Part shown: positions 1-8,617 of the stretch, in pieces
Numbering within the stretch: position 1 is the first letter of the stretch
Layout of the letters: every line of letters begins with the position of its first letter
NCBI GenBank assembly: GCA_035279865.1
Contig: DATEGY010000124.1
Span: 136-64,135, forward strand
Direction: 5' to 3'
Source of the DNA: Gemmatimonadales bacterium
GTDB lineage: Bacteria; Gemmatimonadota; Gemmatimonadetes; Gemmatimonadales; GWC2-71-9
Length of the DNA: 64,000 nt
The notes under the pieces: model-generated
Database searches by the model: none
Seen by the model: the letters and a program-made list of their open reading frames with translations, nothing else
Told to the model about the DNA's origin: nothing
Made by a program: the position numbers and the translations under genes

Positions 1-2
1 TC

Positions 3-245
3 CGGAACCTGGCGACCGCCGAAGAAGCGTATTTCTACGACAGCGCGTCGTACACGAACAGCCTGCCCCTGATGAACAACTTCAGCCCGAGCGCCGGCGG
101 CACCATCGTCGTGAACGAGGCCACCAAAGTGGGCTGGTCCGCGACGGCCTCGAGTTCGGGTACGGGGCGGAAGTGCTACCTCTTTATGGGCTCCGCCACA
201 CCCGTGGGCGCCGCCACGCAGGAGGGTGTGGCCGCCTGCTCCTGA
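3..245 (+). CDS. type IV pilin-like protein, C-terminal fragment (5' end outside window)
   Basis: The frame is open from the window edge to TGA 243-245. It is absent from the ORF track because it has no start in the window. The translation ...RNLATAEEAYFYDSASYTNSL...GRKCYLFMGSATPVGAATQEGVAACS has a pilin-like AxEAYF segment and a C-terminal Cys...Cys pair like the pilin disulfide loop. Confidence 0.5.
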   Translation, partial: RNLATAEEAYFYDSASYTNSLPLMNNFSPSAGGTIVVNEATKVGWSATASSSGTGRKCYLFMGSATPVGAATQEGVAACS

Positions 246-283
246 CGGGGCTGATCAGGACGTTCGCGCGACGGCGTGAAGGC

Positions 284-535
284 ATGCTGTACGCGATGGA
301 CGGTGGAATCTGGCTGCATCGCCACCGCATTCACGACGAGCCGATGATCCACCTCGTCTCGGCCCGCCGGGAGCCGCTCCTCGCCGTCGGTGACCGCCTG
401 GGCCTCGACCCCGTCTGGCTGCAATACAAGCCCCTGAAAGACCCGCGCACCGGCGTGCGGGTGGAAGCGTGGCACTGGGACTTGTGGGGGGAGCCGAAAC
501 GCCGGCTGGAGGCGCTGCTGGACGCCGGTCAGTGA
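284..535 (+). CDS. DUF4031-like small protein
   Basis: Track ORF 173-535. I prefer the in-frame ATG at 284 because the first 37 codons overlap the pilin-like ORF. The pattern HLVSARREPLLAVGDRLGLDPVWLQ...WHWDL resembles DUF4031. This is recalled similarity and was not searched. Confidence 0.45.
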   Translation: MLYAMDGGIWLHRHRIHDEPMIHLVSARREPLLAVGDRLGLDPVWLQYKPLKDPRTGVRVEAWHWDLWGEPKRRLEALLDAGQ

Positions 536-2826
536 CCGGGGGGAGGGTCTTTCGGGGCCCGCACGCCGGGCCACCAGTTCCACCGCCCCGCGATGTGCAT
601 GATGGCGGGGACCAGGACCATCCGGATGAGGGTCGCGTCCAGGAGCACGGCGACGGCGAGCCCGAACCCCATGAACTGCACCGCCAGGACGCGGGAGAAG
701 GCGAATACGCCGAATACCAGAACCATGATGGCGGCGGCGAACGTGATGGTGGACGCCGTGCTCGACAGCCCTTCCATGGTGGCGTGATCGTTCCGCCCGG
801 TCTTGTCGAACACCTCTTTCACCCGCGTCAACAGAAACACCTCGTAGTCCATCGATAGTCCGAAGACCACCGCGAATACGATGACGGGCACCACCACGAA
901 GATCGCCTCGGTGGGGCCGTCCAGCCGGAACAGCCAGCCGAGAAACCCGCGTTGGAACACGAGCACGGTGATCCCGAAAGCTCCACCCACCGATAGGCAG
1001 TTGAGGAGCACCGCTTTCAAGGGCACGAGGAGGGACTTGAACGCGACGAACAGCATCACGGCCGTGACGCCCAGGATGAGCGCGACGATGCCGGGGAAGC
1101 GCGACAGCAGATCGTTCTGGAGGTCGACGCTGGTGGCGGCGAACCCGCCGACGAGGATCGTGGCGCCGTCGAGTCCGCGAATGCCCCGGCGGGCGACGGC
1201 CCGGGCGTGCGTGGCCATCTGCATCAGTCCGGTCAGCGTCACCGAATCTTCCGGAATGACATCGACCAGCGTGGTACGGGAGTCGGCACTCAGATAGGCG
1301 TTGAAGAACGTCGGATGCCGTCGCCGCACCGAGTCCGGATTCGCGTAGAACATGGTGAGCGCCAGACTCGAGAGGTGCGGCTGCAGGGAGGCCACGCCGC
1401 GGACCTGCTTCACGCGGGGATCCTTGAGGATGGCGTCACCGAGCGCCTTGAGGCCGAGGAGGCGGCGCGCCGACAGCGCGGACTCTCCCGCCGGCAGGGC
1501 GATGACCACGCGCGTCGGCTGAATGATCCCCGAGACGCCCATCGTCACCAGCTCCTGCAGACCCTCGCCCGACTCGGACTCCGACGGGAACCAGTTCCGA
1601 GCCGGCAGGCCGATCTTCATCTGGGACAAGGGGATCATCAGGAGCCCGATGACCCCGCCCCCCAGCGCGATCGCCCGCCAGGGGCGGTGTCCGAGCCAGC
1701 GGGCCCAGCGCTCCCAGCCGGTGGGCGCGTGAAAGCGCGCGAGGGGGCGGGCCAGCCACTTGGGCCGGTCGATGCTCCTGCCGAGGATGGCGAGCAGGGC
1801 GGGCAGGAACGTGGTCGCGATGCCGATGGCGATGGCGACCACCAGCAATCCTCCGATCCCCACCGACCGCGTTTCGATCAACGGAGTGACGAGCAGCGCG
1901 GCGAATCCCACGACCACGGTGAGCCCCGACGTGATGACGGCCGAGCCCGCGGTCTGAATGGTGCGGGCCGCGGCGTCCGCGGGAGACAGGCCGCGATTGA
2001 GCTCCTCCCGGAACCGGGTCACCACCAGGAGGGAGTAGTCGATCCCCACCCCGAGTCCCACCATGCTGGTGATCGTCAGGGCGAAGACCGACATCGTCTG
2101 GAAATGCGCCACAATGGTGATGAGACCGAGGGCGATGATGATCGACAGGACGCCTACGATGATCGGGAGGATGGCCGCCACCAGCGCTCCGAAGGCGATG
2201 ACCAGCACCACGAGGGAAATCGGCACCGCGCGGTGCTCCCCCTGCTGGGTGTCCTCGGCCGAGATGGTCCGGATGTCGTAGTCGAGTGCCGGGTCGCCCG
2301 TGAGCTTCACGTCGAACGCGCCGGCTCCGGGAATGGCGGCGACCGTCGCGGCGAGGGTGGTCCGGATGTCCGGGACGAAGTTGTTCTTGATGTTGTCGGT
2401 CTCGGCGGTCTCCATCGCCGCGATCAGGAACGTCGTGTGCCGGTCCTTGCTGACGAAGGTCGATTCTCCGAGGGACTGCGCCGAGACGACCTGTTTGATG
2501 TAGTACTTGCGGCGGAGGACGGCGCTGAGCGAGTCGAGGACGCGGACGAACCGGGGATGGCTCACCGGGACCGGTCCGCGGACGACGACGGCGACATATT
2601 CGGCGATCGGGTTCGGCAGCGCGGCCTTGAGGGCCTCACCGGCCCGGAAGGACTCAGTGGATTCGTCGGAGCCCCCGCGGACCGCCAGGGCGTCCTGCAC
2701 CCGCGCCGCGCTCGGCGCGAGCACCGCCGCCACCAGGGCCCAGGCGAGAAGCACCCACCAGCGGCGGCGGATCAACATCCTGGCGGGGAGAGTTATCACG
2801 AGCGAGGGCGCATAGGCCGAGGACAA
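529..2826 (-). CDS. MMPL family (RND superfamily) membrane transporter
   Basis: 765-aa ORF with two clusters of hydrophobic helices separated by soluble domains, which is the typical MMPL architecture. An alternative start is ATG 2778 (MLIRRRWWVLLAW...). Confidence 0.85.
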   Translation of the reverse strand: MSSAYAPSLVITLPARMLIRRRWWVLLAWALVAAVLAPSAARVQDALAVRGGSDESTESFRAGEALKAALPNPIAEYVAVVVRGPVPVSHPRFVRVLDSLSAVLRRKYYIKQVVSAQSLGESTFVSKDRHTTFLIAAMETAETDNIKNNFVPDIRTTLAATVAAIPGAGAFDVKLTGDPALDYDIRTISAEDTQQGEHRAVPISLVVLVIAFGALVAAILPIIVGVLSIIIALGLITIVAHFQTMSVFALTITSMVGLGVGIDYSLLVVTRFREELNRGLSPADAAARTIQTAGSAVITSGLTVVVGFAALLVTPLIETRSVGIGGLLVVAIAIGIATTFLPALLAILGRSIDRPKWLARPLARFHAPTGWERWARWLGHRPWRAIALGGGVIGLLMIPLSQMKIGLPARNWFPSESESGEGLQELVTMGVSGIIQPTRVVIALPAGESALSARRLLGLKALGDAILKDPRVKQVRGVASLQPHLSSLALTMFYANPDSVRRRHPTFFNAYLSADSRTTLVDVIPEDSVTLTGLMQMATHARAVARRGIRGLDGATILVGGFAATSVDLQNDLLSRFPGIVALILGVTAVMLFVAFKSLLVPLKAVLLNCLSVGGAFGITVLVFQRGFLGWLFRLDGPTEAIFVVVPVIVFAVVFGLSMDYEVFLLTRVKEVFDKTGRNDHATMEGLSSTASTITFAAAIMVLVFGVFAFSRVLAVQFMGFGLAVAVLLDATLIRMVLVPAIMHIAGRWNWWPGVRAPKDPPPGH

Positions 2827-2855
2827 TCATAGAGAGACTCCTAGGCCGAAGCTAG

Positions 2856-2875
2856 CGGCGCGCGTACGCGCGCCG
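2856..2875. promoter_or_regulatory. 20-bp perfect palindrome in a divergent intergenic region (candidate operator)
   Basis: CGGCGCGCGTACGCGCGCCG is its own reverse complement. It lies between the divergent MMPL and matrixin genes. Confidence 0.3.
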
Positions 2876-2888
2876 ACATATTGCGCCC

Positions 2889-3728
2889 ATGGCCGACCGG
2901 CGTCCCTCGCCCGTTCTCATCGTCGCCTGCGCGCTCGTGTTCCTGGTGCTCTGGCGGACCGTGGTCCGTCATCGGCCGTCCCGCGCGCGGGTTGCGGCGG
3001 CGCAGGCGCCCGCCGTCCCGGTCCCCCACAAACGGGATTCCCTCGGTGCCCAGCTCACCGCCCGTGTGGACTCGGGACGGGACACCACGCCCGCCGCTCC
3101 CGTCTCACCCATGGATACGGTGGTGATGAATGAGCCGCAGGGGTATTACGATCAACTGGCCCGGGCGCAGACCCGCCGCCAGATCCGCGCCAGCGTCGGC
3201 GTCACCTATCTGAACGAAATCGTCGAGGAGAGCTCGGACTCGGCGCTGCATCGCTGGGACCACCGGTACCGCGATCCGGTCCGGATCTACCTCACGACCG
3301 ATACCGTCGAGAACTTCCAGCCCGCCTTCCTGGATGCCGTGCGGTCGGCGATCACGCGCTGGGACCAGGTCCAGTTGCCGGTGCGCTTCGAATACGTCGA
3401 CGACTCGAGCCGCGCCGAGGTGGTGTTCCGGTGGCGACGGCAGTTCGACATCGACCGCACGGGGCAGACCGACCTCACCTGGGACCGTGACGGCCACGTG
3501 CTGTCCGCCGTCGTCACCATCGCCACGTTCGATCCGTCGAACCACCCGATGGGCGTCGATGACGTCCGCGTCGTCGCGCTTCACGAGGTCGGTCACATGC
3601 TCGGTCTCAATCATTCGAGCGATTCGACCGACGTCATGTTCGGCCACACGATGGCCCGGGACCTCTCGGCCCGGGATGAACGGACCGCGCAGCTCCTGTA
3701 CGAGCTGAGCCCCGGGAGCGTCCGGTGA
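2889..3728 (+). CDS. matrixin-family zinc metalloprotease (M10-like), membrane-anchored or secreted
   Basis: HEVGHMLGLNHSSDSTDVMF zincin / Met-turn motif. The N-terminus has a hydrophobic anchor (PVLIVACALVFLVLW). Confidence 0.8.
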   Translation: MADRRPSPVLIVACALVFLVLWRTVVRHRPSRARVAAAQAPAVPVPHKRDSLGAQLTARVDSGRDTTPAAPVSPMDTVVMNEPQGYYDQLARAQTRRQIRASVGVTYLNEIVEESSDSALHRWDHRYRDPVRIYLTTDTVENFQPAFLDAVRSAITRWDQVQLPVRFEYVDDSSRAEVVFRWRRQFDIDRTGQTDLTWDRDGHVLSAVVTIATFDPSNHPMGVDDVRVVALHEVGHMLGLNHSSDSTDVMFGHTMARDLSARDERTAQLLYELSPGSVR

Positions 3729-4822
3729 GCCGCGGACCCCTCCCGCTCCTGGCGGGATCGTCCGCCGACCCGGGTCCAACCCTCGCCGACGGCCTCGACC
3801 GCCGGACCGTGACGGGAACGCTGGTGCTCCCGGAGGCGGACGGAGCGGTCCGCTGCGTCGCCTGCGGCCACCGCTGTCTGGTGAGGCCCGGCCGCCGGGG
3901 GATCTGCAAGGTCAGGTTCAACCGGGATGGGGAGCTGCGGGTGCCCGCGGGGTACGTCGCCGCGCTGCAATGCGATCCCACGGAAAAGAAGCCGTTCTTC
4001 CATTGCCTGCCCGGGAGCGACACGCTGACCTTCGGCATGCTGGGGTGCGACTTTCACTGCGGCTACTGCCAGAACTGGCTGACGTCCCAGGCCCTGCGCG
4101 ACCCGTCCGCCGGCGTGCCGCCCACCGAAGTGAGCGCGGAGGCACTCGTGGGGCTCGCCCTGCGGCACGGGGCGCGCGTGGTGGGGTCGTCCTACAACGA
4201 GCCGCTGATCACGGCGGAGTGGGCCGTCGAGGTGTTCCGCCTGGCTCGAGCCCGGGGTCTCCGCACCGCCTTCATCTCCAACGGCAACGCCACACCCGAA
4301 GCGCTCGACTTTCTCCGCCCGTGGACCGACTGCTACAAAGTGGACCTGAAGGCGATGGACCCCGCGCGCTACCGGGAGCTGGGCGGCGTACTGGAGCATG
4401 TGACCGCCACCATTGGCGCGGCGAAGGCCCGAGGCTTCTGGGTCGAGGTCGTGACCCTGATCGTGCCGGGATTCAACGACGACCGGGCTCAGCTCGCTCG
4501 GGCTGCGGAGTTGATCGCCTCGGTCTCTCCCGACATTCCCTGGCACGTGACCGCCTTCCACCCGGACTACCGGATGACGGATCCGAAGGCGACTCCCACC
4601 GAGACGCTGATCGAGGCCTGTGAAATCGGGAGCGCGGCCGGGCTCCGCTTCGTGTACGCCGGGAACCGGCCAGGTGCCGTCGGAGAATGGGAGAACACGT
4701 ACTGCCCGGACTGCGGGGACCTCCTGATCGAGCGGCAGGGATACACGATCAAGGCTCAGCGGATCGGGAGCGACGGGCGTTGTCCCTCGTGCGCCCGCGC
4801 CATCCCCGGGATCTGGGCCTAG
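3725..4822 (+). CDS. AmmeMemoRadiSam-system-type radical SAM enzyme
   Basis: CDFHCGYCQNW (CxxxCxxC) follows DPTEKKPFFHCLPGS. There is an N-terminal CVACGHRC...C cluster and a C-terminal CPDC...CPSC ribbon. The GTG start overlaps the matrixin stop (GTGA). Confidence 0.8.
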   Translation: MSRGPLPLLAGSSADPGPTLADGLDRRTVTGTLVLPEADGAVRCVACGHRCLVRPGRRGICKVRFNRDGELRVPAGYVAALQCDPTEKKPFFHCLPGSDTLTFGMLGCDFHCGYCQNWLTSQALRDPSAGVPPTEVSAEALVGLALRHGARVVGSSYNEPLITAEWAVEVFRLARARGLRTAFISNGNATPEALDFLRPWTDCYKVDLKAMDPARYRELGGVLEHVTATIGAAKARGFWVEVVTLIVPGFNDDRAQLARAAELIASVSPDIPWHVTAFHPDYRMTDPKATPTETLIEACEIGSAAGLRFVYAGNRPGAVGEWENTYCPDCGDLLIERQGYTIKAQRIGSDGRCPSCARAIPGIWA

Positions 4823-5952
4823 TGCTCGCGCTACTCCCCTTCTTGCTCGCGCTCCAGACGCCCGCGAGCCCGTACGACTCCGTCGTGTTGTCGGGGATCC
4901 GGCAGGGCGCCTATCCCGGGGCAGTGCTGGTCATCGGCGGCCGCGACAAGATCACATACGAAAAAGGGTACGGGCGGCTGACCTGGTCGCCAGGCGCTCC
5001 GGCAGACCGCCCGGACTCCACCCTGTTCGATCTCGCGTCACTCACGAAGGCGGTGGCGACCACGACGGCGGCGATGATCCTGGTGGACCGGGGCAAGCTC
5101 AAGCTCGACGTCCCGGTCGCGACGTATTTGCCCGAGTTCAACGGGAAGGGCACCGCCGCCGTCACCGTCCGCATGCTCCTGACTCACACGTCCGGGCTGC
5201 GGGGAGATCTGCCCGTCCCGGTGCTCAAGGCGCTTCCGGATGGGGCGGCGCTGCTTCGCACGGTGCTGGCGGAGACGCCCCGGACGGCGCCCGGCTCGCG
5301 GGTCGTCTACAGCGACCTGAACTTCGTGCTCCTCGGGGAGGTCATCCACCGCCTGTCGGGGGAGCCGCTCGACCAGTTCGTGGCGAACGAAGTCATCGCC
5401 CCGCTGGGACTCGCGCAAACCCGCTACCGGCCGTCCCCACAGCTCGCGCGCCGCACGGCGCCGACCGGAATCTGGCACGGTCATCCCGTGGCGGCCGTGG
5501 TGAACGATCCGACCGCCGCCAAGGCGGGCGGCGTTTCCGGAAACGCCGGTCTCTTTTCCACCGGAGAGGACCTCGCCCGCTTCGCGCAGTTCCTGCTCCG
5601 CGGCGGCACGCGCTCCGACGGTAAGCCCCTCGTGTCTCAGACGACGGTGCGCCTGTTCACCACCCGGTCGCCCCAGGCCGACGTCGGCCCCGACCACCGG
5701 GCCCTCGGCTGGCAGGCGGTGCCTACGGACGAGGAGGTGTCGAGCGCCGGAAGCCTCTTCGGTCCGCGGAGCTTCGGACATACGGGATGGACGGGCACGT
5801 CCCTCTGGATCGATCCCGACCGCGATCTCTTCGTCATCCTGCTCACGAACCGGGCGTTCGCGCCGCGGGCGAAGAAGCCGTTCACGGTCCTGAAGACGGT
5901 CCGGGGCCGCCTGGCGGACGCCGCGGCCCGGGAGAGCGACCGCGCGCGGTAG
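4822..5952 (+). CDS. serine hydrolase, beta-lactamase / PBP4*-like fold
   Basis: SLTKAV (SxxK) motif, YSDLNF, HTGWTG. In-frame GTG 4822 overlaps the upstream TAG by 1 nt. The N-terminus after that start (VLALLPFLLALQ) looks like a signal peptide. Confidence 0.8.
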   Translation: MLALLPFLLALQTPASPYDSVVLSGIRQGAYPGAVLVIGGRDKITYEKGYGRLTWSPGAPADRPDSTLFDLASLTKAVATTTAAMILVDRGKLKLDVPVATYLPEFNGKGTAAVTVRMLLTHTSGLRGDLPVPVLKALPDGAALLRTVLAETPRTAPGSRVVYSDLNFVLLGEVIHRLSGEPLDQFVANEVIAPLGLAQTRYRPSPQLARRTAPTGIWHGHPVAAVVNDPTAAKAGGVSGNAGLFSTGEDLARFAQFLLRGGTRSDGKPLVSQTTVRLFTTRSPQADVGPDHRALGWQAVPTDEEVSSAGSLFGPRSFGHTGWTGTSLWIDPDRDLFVILLTNRAFAPRAKKPFTVLKTVRGRLADAAARESDRAR

Positions 5953-6010
5953 GAACTTCTTGCCTCGGGGTACCGTTCCCGGGTAGGTTCGCGATGGCGG
6001 GAGGAGTGGA

Positions 6011-6319
6011 ATGACGGATGTGCAGCTCACCGAGGAGCAGCTCAAGACGGCGCTCCGGTCGGTAAAAGATCCTGAGCTCAATCTGAACATCATCGACCTG
6101 GGGCTGGTCTACGGCGTGGACCCCGGGGACGGTGACGTGCGGGTCACCATGACGCTGACCTCGCCCGGCTGCCCGGCGGGACCCCAGATCATTCACGACA
6201 TCTACGAACAGCTGAAGCCCATCCCGGGGGTCAAAGACGTCGACGTTGACTTGGTGTGGGAGCCGTACTGGACGCCCGAAAAAATCGAACCGAAGATCCG
6301 GGCGATGATGGGGTTTTAG
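6011..6319 (+). CDS. DUF59 / SufT-like metal-sulfur cluster assembly factor
   Basis: VKDPELNLNIIDLGLVYGV...VTMTLTSPGCPAGPQI is the classic DUF59 signature. Confidence 0.8.
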   Translation: MTDVQLTEEQLKTALRSVKDPELNLNIIDLGLVYGVDPGDGDVRVTMTLTSPGCPAGPQIIHDIYEQLKPIPGVKDVDVDLVWEPYWTPEKIEPKIRAMMGF

Positions 6320-7566
6320 GAGGCCTGGGCCGTCGCCTGCAGCAGGGCGTCACCGACTACCGAGAGTTGCCAGCGCCGGAGCTCCCCGATACGGGCGAGC
6401 CCGGCGCGATCCGTTGGATGGGCTCTCGCCACGGCTTCGAGGGCGACCCGTCCCAAGAGGACCCCGGGGTCGATCCCCAGCTCGGCGGCCCGGGCGTTGC
6501 GCGCCGCTTTGAGCTTCTCCTGACGCACATCATAGGACGGGTCATGCGGAGGGCGCGGCGGCCGCACCAGACGCGGCAGTTCGCTTTCCGGAACCAGGAG
6601 CGCCCGTTCGACCGCTTCGAGCAGCGCCGGCCCGTGCCGCTTGGCGAGCGATGCCGGGAGATCCTTCACGCGGGCCAGGTCGTCGGCGGTCCGGGGAAGG
6701 GCGCGGCTGACGCCGAGGAGTGACTCGTTGCCGATGATCCGGAATTGGGCTTTGTCTTCGCGACGGGCAATTCCCTCGCGCCAGGCGGAGAGCTCCCGGA
6801 GCACCGCCAGCTGGCGGGGGCGCAGCGCCTTGGCGCCCTTGATGCGGAGAAAGGCCGCGCCGTCATCCTGAGGCACGGTCCACCGCAGTCCTTCCAGTCT
6901 CGCGAATTCTTCCGTCGCCCAGTCCCAGCGGGACAGCTCCCGCAAGCGCGCTTCGAGCGCGTCGCGCAATGCGGGCAAGTGCGCCGTGTCGGCGGCCGCA
7001 TACTCGAGCATACCGGGGGTCAAGGGGCGCTGCGACCAGTCCGCCTTCTGATGAGCCTTGGACAGCTTCAGCCCCAGGTACTTCTCGAGGAGGGCGGCGA
7101 GGCCTATGGCGGGCTCTCCGGCGAGCTGCGCGGCCACGCGGCTGTCGAAGAGGCGGACGGCCCGGAAGCCGTAGTCCCGGTCGAGGGTGCGGAGATCGTA
7201 GTCGGCGTCGTGGAAGATCTTCTCCACGCCCGGGTCGGCGAGGAGTGTGCCCACGGGCGAGAGGTCGGTGATCGCCACGGGGTCGATGATCGCGGTGGCG
7301 CGCCGGGTGGACAACTGGACGAGATAGATGCGGTCCACGAAACGGTGGAAACTCGCCGCCTCCGTGTCCACGGCCACCGGGGACTCCCGGCGGAAGGCGG
7401 TGACCACCTGGGTCAGCGCCTCCGGGGTGGCGATGTATCGCGCGTCGCTAATGCTGATCCGCCTTGCCCAGCTGCTCCAGTCCGGCCGCGATCTCTTCCA
7501 GCGCCTTGGCGAGGGTCTTGTAGAATTCGGGATCGGGGGGTTCGGGTGCGCCGCCCAGCGGGTCAC
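6316..7566 (-). CDS. rnd: ribonuclease D (DEDD 3'-5' exonuclease plus HRDC); 5' end uncertain
   Basis: VAVDTEAASF, FHDADYDLRTL and AAADTAHL exonuclease motifs, with an HRDC-like C-terminus. Similarity to RNase D begins near ARYIATPEAL (about 7440). The upstream 40 codons are R/P/S/W-rich and overlap a better-looking small ORF. Confidence 0.8.
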   Translation of the reverse strand: MTRWAAHPNPPIPNSTRPSPRRWKRSRPDWSSWARRISISDARYIATPEALTQVVTAFRRESPVAVDTEAASFHRFVDRIYLVQLSTRRATAIIDPVAITDLSPVGTLLADPGVEKIFHDADYDLRTLDRDYGFRAVRLFDSRVAAQLAGEPAIGLAALLEKYLGLKLSKAHQKADWSQRPLTPGMLEYAAADTAHLPALRDALEARLRELSRWDWATEEFARLEGLRWTVPQDDGAAFLRIKGAKALRPRQLAVLRELSAWREGIARREDKAQFRIIGNESLLGVSRALPRTADDLARVKDLPASLAKRHGPALLEAVERALLVPESELPRLVRPPRPPHDPSYDVRQEKLKAARNARAAELGIDPGVLLGRVALEAVARAHPTDRAGLARIGELRRWQLSVVGDALLQATAQAS

Positions 7567-7624
7567 CGGCGCATTTGCGCGCGGCCCGCGCGGCGTGTCT
7601 GATGTAGTCGGTAGCTACCCGCAT
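7448..7624 (-). CDS. hypothetical small helical protein (58 aa)
   Basis: ATG 7624 to TAG 7448-7450. MRVATDYIRHAARAARK...EFYKTLAKALEEIAAGLEQLGKADQH has a balanced, helix-like composition, unlike the overlapping rnd frame. Confidence 0.3.
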   Translation of the reverse strand: MRVATDYIRHAARAARKCAGDPLGGAPEPPDPEFYKTLAKALEEIAAGLEQLGKADQH

Positions 7625-7654
7625 GGATTCACTCGCGGTGAAAGGCGTTGAGCA

Positions 7655-8617
7655 TTGGATACCGCGGATTTCGCCCGAAAGATACGTGCGGCGTTCCGTC
7701 CCTGCTCTCTGGGAACGTGGCCCACGCCCCTCGAATTGCATCCCGCGCTCGCCGCCCGGGTCGGCGCGGATGCGTTCTGGGTGAAGCGCGAGGACCGGTC
7801 GTCGGGGGTTTACGGAGGGAACAAGGTCCGCGGCCTCGAGTTTCTCTTCTCGGACCTCGCCTCCGGGGACGCCGTGGTGACCATCGGTGGCTGGGGGTCG
7901 ACGCACTGCCTCGCCACCGCCCGGCACGCCCGTGCCCTCGGGGCCCAGGCCGTGCTGGCGCAATTTCCCCAGGGGCACAACGAAGCCGAAGGGCGGACCT
8001 CCCGGGCCTCTGGCGCCGTGTCGACGCGCGTGTTTGCGGCGCGCTCCTGGGTGGAATTCCCTGTTGCCCTGCTCCGGGCCTGGATCGCCGCGGGGCGGTT
8101 GGGGCCGCGGGTGTACATCAGTGGCGGGGGAGCGACGCCCCACGCAGTTCTAGGACACGTTCTCGCGGTCCTGGAGCTGGGCGAGCAACTCGAGTCGCCG
8201 CCTGATGCGATCGTCACTCCCCTCGGGTCGGGCGGTACGGCGGCCGGGCTCTTGCTGGGATGTGCCCTGCTGCAATGGCCGACGCGCGTGATCGCGGTGC
8301 GCGTGGCGCCGCGCGTCGTGGCGAACCACTGGCGGGTGGGGAATCTGGTGCGTGGCGCGCGGAGGCTGTTGGAGTCACGGAGCATCCCACTTCCGCACGT
8401 CCCCACGCCCCTGAGACTGTCCGTGCTGAACGGAATCGGAGATGGCTACGGATACCCGTCCGCCGCGGGAGAGGAGGCGCGGCAGTGGGGCGCGGCATCG
8501 GGTCTCGTGATCGATTCGACCTATGGAGGGAAGGCGTTGGCCATCGTGCCTGACGTGGTTCGTGCGGGGAGCCGGCGCGTGGTGTTCTGGCACACCTACG
8601 CGGCGCCTGGCGAGTGA
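7655..8617 (+). CDS. PLP-dependent enzyme, ACC deaminase / D-cysteine desulfhydrase family
   Basis: TPLE...VKREDRSSGVYGGNKVRGLEFL contains the family PLP-lysine motif. The start is TTG. Confidence 0.75.
   Translation: MDTADFARKIRAAFRPCSLGTWPTPLELHPALAARVGADAFWVKREDRSSGVYGGNKVRGLEFLFSDLASGDAVVTIGGWGSTHCLATARHARALGAQAVLAQFPQGHNEAEGRTSRASGAVSTRVFAARSWVEFPVALLRAWIAAGRLGPRVYISGGGATPHAVLGHVLAVLELGEQLESPPDAIVTPLGSGGTAAGLLLGCALLQWPTRVIAVRVAPRVVANHWRVGNLVRGARRLLESRSIPLPHVPTPLRLSVLNGIGDGYGYPSAAGEEARQWGAASGLVIDSTYGGKALAIVPDVVRAGSRRVVFWHTYAAPGE

Noticed and set aside
1207-2832. 541-codon ORF on the + strand antisense to the MMPL gene.
   Set aside because: The translation is R/G/D/E/H-rich low complexity with no motifs. 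In high-GC genomes the strand opposite a real gene often stays open. The MMPL frame has clear transmembrane architecture.
6862-6872. GTCATCCTGAG inside the rnd coding region, resembling the start of the intergenic repeat family.
   Set aside because: Only 11 nt match, the GAAGGACCTGC end is missing, and it lies within a conserved CDS. It is probably a chance match.
7445-7455. Programmed +1 frameshift (prfB-like) joining the 58-codon ORF to rnd at CAT-TAG-C.
   Set aside because: The P-site codon CAU cannot re-pair in the +1 frame (AUU), and no upstream SD-like stimulator was seen. Separate genes or a sequencing indel are more likely. It is kept as an open question in the findings.
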